Shown piece after piece: positions 60,296 to 64,000 of a stretch of DNA of 64,000 bases (position 1 is its first letter; every line of letters starts with the position of its first letter). Under the pieces are notes generated by a model. The model was given only the letters and a program-made list of their open reading frames with translations. It was not told the origin of the DNA and ran no database searches. Origin of the DNA: Nitrospirota bacterium. Lineage in GTDB: Bacteria > Nitrospirota > UBA9217. The position numbers and the translations under genes are program-made. The stretch spans positions 3,168,001 through 3,232,000 of the forward strand of contig OY760142.1 of assembly GCA_963663225.1 (NCBI GenBank), written 5' to 3'.

Positions 60296-61240
60296 TTAGC
60301 TGACGTTGTGTCCATATATCCAACGCCAATCCAAGAAACCACAAGCCCACCGTGCATAGACTGAGTTCTTGATTGAGAAGGTATCAAAATCCACCTTCAT
60401 GCTGTATTCAGGGTTTATTCTGTCAATGAATACAAGGAACTGTTTCTGCTTGCTATGGTCGGTGAAGAACCAGTTGTTTGTGTCGTAGTCGTCTAGGCGA
60501 AGATAAGGAATAACCTTAATTCCACGCGCTACGTTTACCTTGAACTGACCTGTATCGGGATCAAGTTCCGAGCTTGCACCACTCCGTGGATCGTATCCAG
60601 TAGCCTCACAAGCAGCATCAAAGAGAGTATCTGGTACGATAAGAGTGTCTGGATTCATATCAATACGTTCAGAAATATCATTCCTGAAACGTCTCATCAG
60701 AACCCTAGTTGCAGCTATGGAAGTCTTGGAAAGCGCACTCGTCCCGGCATTTGAAAATCCAGAAGAAGTTGACGTACCAGACTTCGTGGTGTGCGAAGAT
60801 GAACAAAGCGCAACACCCTCTTCGGAGGTCTGGAAATCGAACGCGGCAGAGAAAGCATTGGCAAAAGGACGCACGCCAAGTTTCTCTTTTACGCGAGACG
60901 CAGACCTGGAAAGCATAGCTACACGGTTCTCCATGACCGAATATTTTTTGTCGTCAAGGAGTTTTCTTTCAAACATTACCGCACCGGCATATTCTTTCGG
61001 CTCGATCTTGTTGTAATATCCAGGTGCAATCGAAAGGTATGTCAGTTTCCCGTTAAATTCGGGAATATCCGGAAGTGAACCCACCTCGTAAAATTCACCA
61101 AAGGCAGAATCTCCGGGCATAACGTTGTAAAGAGTAGGAATCATCTGCACAACGTCTTTAAACTTGCTATCGTCGAATACTTTGCGCATCCGTTTATCCA
61201 GTAATCTGGTAAACTGCGCACTGCTGATGGGATTAGGCAT
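60296..61240 (-). CDS. Major capsid protein (HK97 fold, Mu gpT-like family)
   Basis: R.LLDDK.Y, EGVALCSSSH, PDTLIVP, PYL.....NNWF, RWACGFLDWR.IYG pattern; AAGGAGG RBS; follows scaffold and decoration genes. Confidence 0.85.
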   Translation of the reverse strand: MPNPISSAQFTRLLDKRMRKVFDDSKFKDVVQMIPTLYNVMPGDSAFGEFYEVGSLPDIPEFNGKLTYLSIAPGYYNKIEPKEYAGAVMFERKLLDDKKYSVMENRVAMLSRSASRVKEKLGVRPFANAFSAAFDFQTSEEGVALCSSSHTTKSGTSTSSGFSNAGTSALSKTSIAATRVLMRRFRNDISERIDMNPDTLIVPDTLFDAACEATGYDPRSGASSELDPDTGQFKVNVARGIKVIPYLRLDDYDTNNWFFTDHSKQKQFLVFIDRINPEYSMKVDFDTFSIKNSVYARWACGFLDWRWIYGHNVS

Positions 61241-61258
61241 TGTTTAATTCCTCCTTCC

Positions 61259-62095
61259 TTATGCCCGTGCCAAGCAGAAGTGATCCGCTTCAAATCTAAA
61301 TTCCGCGTATTCGCTTCCTGCCGTGGCGAGGTTCAAATTGTACACATAGACCCCAAAGAGGTTCGTACCCGCAATCACAGGGTTCTTGGAGCAGTCGATA
61401 AACAGACCGGGGCCAGCAATATAAACAGTGCTTGCACCCTGCTTTAATGGAACACGCACAAACGTATCGCCAAGTGCTACGTCAAAAGGAAATGCCGTAC
61501 CAACTGACGGTGCCGTGGTGGAGGTGTCCTTGCTTACGCGGTAAATTCCAGCGTTTTTACCAGTACGGCAATAAATCGTTCCGCACTTTGCTACGTTGGT
61601 AAAATCACATGCTCCGGTCGTAGTCGCGGTCGTTAGACCAGTCGTATCAGAACCGCCCGTATCAGTGACTACCGTAGGAGCAACACTCCAAGAAGCGTTA
61701 AAAATGGGGGCCCTTAACACCGTATGGGGAAGAATTTCTGTAATCTGAAGCTTTACTTCTGGATCGTTTTTGGCGTGCATGTGTCCTTCTGCACCCGTCC
61801 AATCACGCGCAAGAAGCTGCGCCTGTGACTGATAAGTTCCGGTAACGTACTGAAGACCGGTTGTTGAATCATAGGTAGGTGTTCTATCGTTAATACCAGT
61901 CACTACACCGGCGATAACCTGATAGTTGGTAGTATCAAAAGCACCTGCCGGTACTGCAAGCGGGAGAACCGTACCATATGTTTGGGCTTTAGAAGCCGCA
62001 ATATAAGTAACGAGTTGTCCCACATAGTATGTTGAAGTCCCGTCAGCAGAAACCCAATACGTTCTGCCTTCGCCTTCCACTACTCTTACTGACAT
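61259..62095 (-). CDS. Putative capsid decoration / cement protein
   Basis: YVGQLV...IAGVVTG beta-rich protein between scaffold and capsid. Confidence 0.6.
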   Translation of the reverse strand: MSVRVVEGEGRTYWVSADGTSTYYVGQLVTYIAASKAQTYGTVLPLAVPAGAFDTTNYQVIAGVVTGINDRTPTYDSTTGLQYVTGTYQSQAQLLARDWTGAEGHMHAKNDPEVKLQITEILPHTVLRAPIFNASWSVAPTVVTDTGGSDTTGLTTATTTGACDFTNVAKCGTIYCRTGKNAGIYRVSKDTSTTAPSVGTAFPFDVALGDTFVRVPLKQGASTVYIAGPGLFIDCSKNPVIAGTNLFGVYVYNLNLATAGSEYAEFRFEADHFCLARA

Positions 62096-62113
62096 GGTTG
62101 TCTCCTTCCTTGG

Positions 62114-62170
62114 TTATTTTTTCTTGCTTTTTTGGGTTTTTACTGCCGCATCGTATTTCTTGTTTTTCAT
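62114..62170 (-). CDS. 18-aa Lys-rich micropeptide (MKNKKYDAAVKTQKSKKK)
   Basis: Read by hand; GAGGA RBS 4 nt upstream of ATG; fills the scaffold-decoration gap. Confidence 0.45.
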   Translation of the reverse strand: MKNKKYDAAVKTQKSKKK

Positions 62171-62181
62171 GGTGTCCTCGA

Positions 62182-62922
62182 TTATGAAAGTTCTTTGGCG
62201 ATGTCTTCATCAGACATGCCACGGCTTTTAAGGTAATTAGCGTATTCCTGCGTTTCCGCATCCAGTTTCGGGAGACTTACAGTCTTGGTAGCCGTTCTGG
62301 TTGTGTTGGCGGCAGGTTGAACAGGTGCGGCACTAGTTGTCGCACGATTCGGCAATTGACCCGTATTGCGCCTTTCGAGAAGTGCAGACTTTGCTTCAGA
62401 GTAATTAACCCTTGCATCCATTTGGGCGTTATCGCTCAAACGCCGATTGAAATTAGCCATCATTTCTGCGACAATTTCATCGTGGAGGTCGCCATTAGAT
62501 GCTGCAAGTTGATTAAGCTGCGCTACATACTGACCCTCGTACTTCTTTTGCTCCTGAACCCTTCTCTGATCCCTGGCCTCAAGAACGCTCTCAACGTCTT
62601 GTGCGGTGGTAATGGTTTCAGGAACATTTACGGAAGATTCAGCTGGCTTCGATTTAAGACCTTCGATCTCACGCGTAAGCATCTCTAGTCTTGATTGAAG
62701 TCCCTTTATCTGCCGTCCCTGCTTCGACTTTATTTTGTGTTTCTGCTCTTCCGAAATACCCGCAAACTCGTCTTCTTCCGCACTTGCCGTTTCCGGGGGC
62801 GTTTTAGTTTCAGGTTCGGTGGAGCTGGTTGTTTCTTCCTTCTTTTCTACTGCATCCCATGCAGCCGAAAGTTCGTCATCGGCTACAGCTTGAGTTTCTG
62901 TAGCGGTTCCCTGTTCAGCCAT
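62182..62922 (-). CDS. Capsid scaffolding protein
   Basis: Acidic low-complexity N-terminus, coiled coil, C-terminal helix-turn-helix (YLKSRGMSDEDIAK); AAAAGGAG RBS. Confidence 0.75.
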   Translation of the reverse strand: MAEQGTATETQAVADDELSAAWDAVEKKEETTSSTEPETKTPPETASAEEDEFAGISEEQKHKIKSKQGRQIKGLQSRLEMLTREIEGLKSKPAESSVNVPETITTAQDVESVLEARDQRRVQEQKKYEGQYVAQLNQLAASNGDLHDEIVAEMMANFNRRLSDNAQMDARVNYSEAKSALLERRNTGQLPNRATTSAAPVQPAANTTRTATKTVSLPKLDAETQEYANYLKSRGMSDEDIAKELS

Positions 62923-62944
62923 TGCTATTCTCCTTTTTAGATTT

Positions 62945-62982
62945 AAAATAAAAAAGGCGACCCGGATTTCTCCGAATCGCCT
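62945..62982 (-). terminator. Intrinsic terminator upstream of the scaffold gene
   Basis: AGGCGATTCGGA-GAAA-TCCGGGTCGCC-TTTTTTATTTT on the minus strand. Confidence 0.75.
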
Positions 62983-63031
62983 GTGTCCTCGTATGCTGTC
63001 TTGAGGTGTAGACGTAGACTAATTTTTAAAA

Positions 63032-63130
63032 TTACTTTCTTTTTAGAATCTCCAACAGCTTTTTCTTTATCCCCTCTATTTGCTGTAAGAGAAGAACAAC
63101 TTCAGTTTTTTCCCGTTCATCAAGTGTCAT
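63032..63130 (-). CDS. 32-aa helical peptide (MTLDEREKTEVVLLLQQIEGIKKKLLEILKRK)
   Basis: Read by hand; AGGA RBS; overlaps the upstream stop; amphipathic heptad pattern. Confidence 0.55.
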   Translation of the reverse strand: MTLDEREKTEVVLLLQQIEGIKKKLLEILKRK

Positions 63131-63443
63131 TTTCTATCCTGTGGTTCTCAATCGTAGCCGACTGCTCATTGAAGTATTTTATTTTCGTATATCTATCCAC
63201 CATCCTTTTCCCTAAATATTTAAGTTCAATTTGTTCTTGTTCTTTTAAATATTCATCCGTATAGCAAAGCTTGTTTAAAAGTTCTGCCATCCTGGTAGCG
63301 TCTTCCTTGATTAATTCATACCCTGATGGGGAAGTAGCGTCTTTTATAAAAGGAGTAAGTTTGCTTAACAGTTCTATGATCTTTTCCCCTCGCTTACCGT
63401 AAGCAGACAAAAACACTTCTAGTTTAGTGGTTGGCTGGCTCAT
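63120..63443 (-). CDS. Hypothetical phage protein after the portal
   Basis: ATGA overlap with the portal stop. Confidence 0.7.
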   Translation of the reverse strand: MSQPTTKLEVFLSAYGKRGEKIIELLSKLTPFIKDATSPSGYELIKEDATRMAELLNKLCYTDEYLKEQEQIELKYLGKRMVDRYTKIKYFNEQSATIENHRIENDT

Positions 63444-64000
63444 TTAATCCCCCCACCAGCCGCCATAGCTCCTTCACGCGCTCCCATCTCTTGAAAGTTC
63501 ATAGGGAGACCCATTTGATTTGACGCAGGGGTGTTTTTCATATTCTTTATTTCGTTTCCCTGCCCTTCGTCCTCGTTCCATTTTGCCTTTTCGAGTTTCT
63601 TGATCATTCCTGCGATTACGTTAAACTCATCTCCCTGAAGCTCTAACTGCCTTCTTACCATATGGGCTATAATAGGCATTACTTCAGGTACGCCTTTCGC
63701 AAGTCCTGAAATCCTTCCGATTGTCTGATCGTAAAGCTGAATCTTCTTATACTTGTTAAATTCAGACTCAATATTAGAAGTAACCGGAGTATAGGTATAA
63801 TCCGCATACGCATCAAAATCTTTTGCAGCGTCTCCCAGCATCTTTAAAATTGTTTCATCGTGAGAAAATCTGTACGTCATTTGCATAATCATCCAGTAAA
63901 GCTCAGTAAGAAACGTATATTCAAACGTCAAGGCTTTATAGTTCTGTCTTGCATTGGTTCTTTGCTCCGCTCCCGCAACGGCGGTTGCTGTTGTGCTTGC
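63440..64000 (-). CDS. C-terminal part of a portal protein (5'-truncated by the window edge)
   Basis: Frame open to 64000 (ASTTATAVAGAEQRTNAR...); TATA(V) resembles the portal TATE motif; position upstream of scaffold and capsid. Confidence 0.7.
   Translation of the reverse strand, partial: ASTTATAVAGAEQRTNARQNYKALTFEYTFLTELYWMIMQMTYRFSHDETILKMLGDAAKDFDAYADYTYTPVTSNIESEFNKYKKIQLYDQTIGRISGLAKGVPEVMPIIAHMVRRQLELQGDEFNVIAGMIKKLEKAKWNEDEGQGNEIKNMKNTPASNQMGLPMNFQEMGAREGAMAAGGGIK

Larger units (their letters stand above)
46309..64000 (-). mobile_element. Podovirus-like prophage (late genes) abutting the 3' end of tRNA-Sec and continuing past the right edge
   Basis: Abrupt shift to AT-richer DNA; all ORFs on the minus strand and tightly packed; portal-scaffold-capsid-adaptor-nozzle-ejection-lysis order; no tape measure, tube or sheath seen; integrase not in the window. 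Confidence 0.9.

Noticed and set aside
62043-62261. 72-aa ORF-track call overlapping the scaffold and decoration genes
   Set aside because: Overlaps both neighbours and lacks an RBS; the 18-aa ORF with an RBS fits the gap better

Overview
The window has two parts. Positions 1-46308 are a bacterial chromosome segment whose gene set suggests Nitrospirota or a Deltaproteobacteria-like lineage (inference, not a database result). It carries polA, glnD, mazG, tex, an NFACT/RqcH gene, queE, a LysM lytic transglycosylase, nfo, ligA, a pilD/PilS/PilR-like cluster, recG, an HD dNTPase-like gene, a GGDEF gene, a GH57 branching enzyme and a Kef-type antiporter. It also holds a small accessory block (14.4-18.0 kb) with two lipoprotein orthocaspases that share a duplicated catalytic module, plus a secreted DUF4384-type partner. 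This part ends in a tRNA-Sec(UCA) gene at 46210-46308. From 46309 to the window end lies a visibly more AT-rich, minus-strand podovirus-like prophage: portal, scaffold, decoration protein, major capsid, beta-helix protein, adaptor, tail nozzle and ejection proteins. The best candidate for an undescribed system is the tightly coupled distal end of its late operon. There a divergent PurD-like ATP-grasp ligase and an unannotated 49-aa Zn-ribbon ORF lead into a lysis-like cassette that has no canonical endolysin but has three Cys-nucleophile enzymes (DUF5675-like, permuted papain-like, C1A papain). All functional calls come from recognising motifs by eye; no searches were run.
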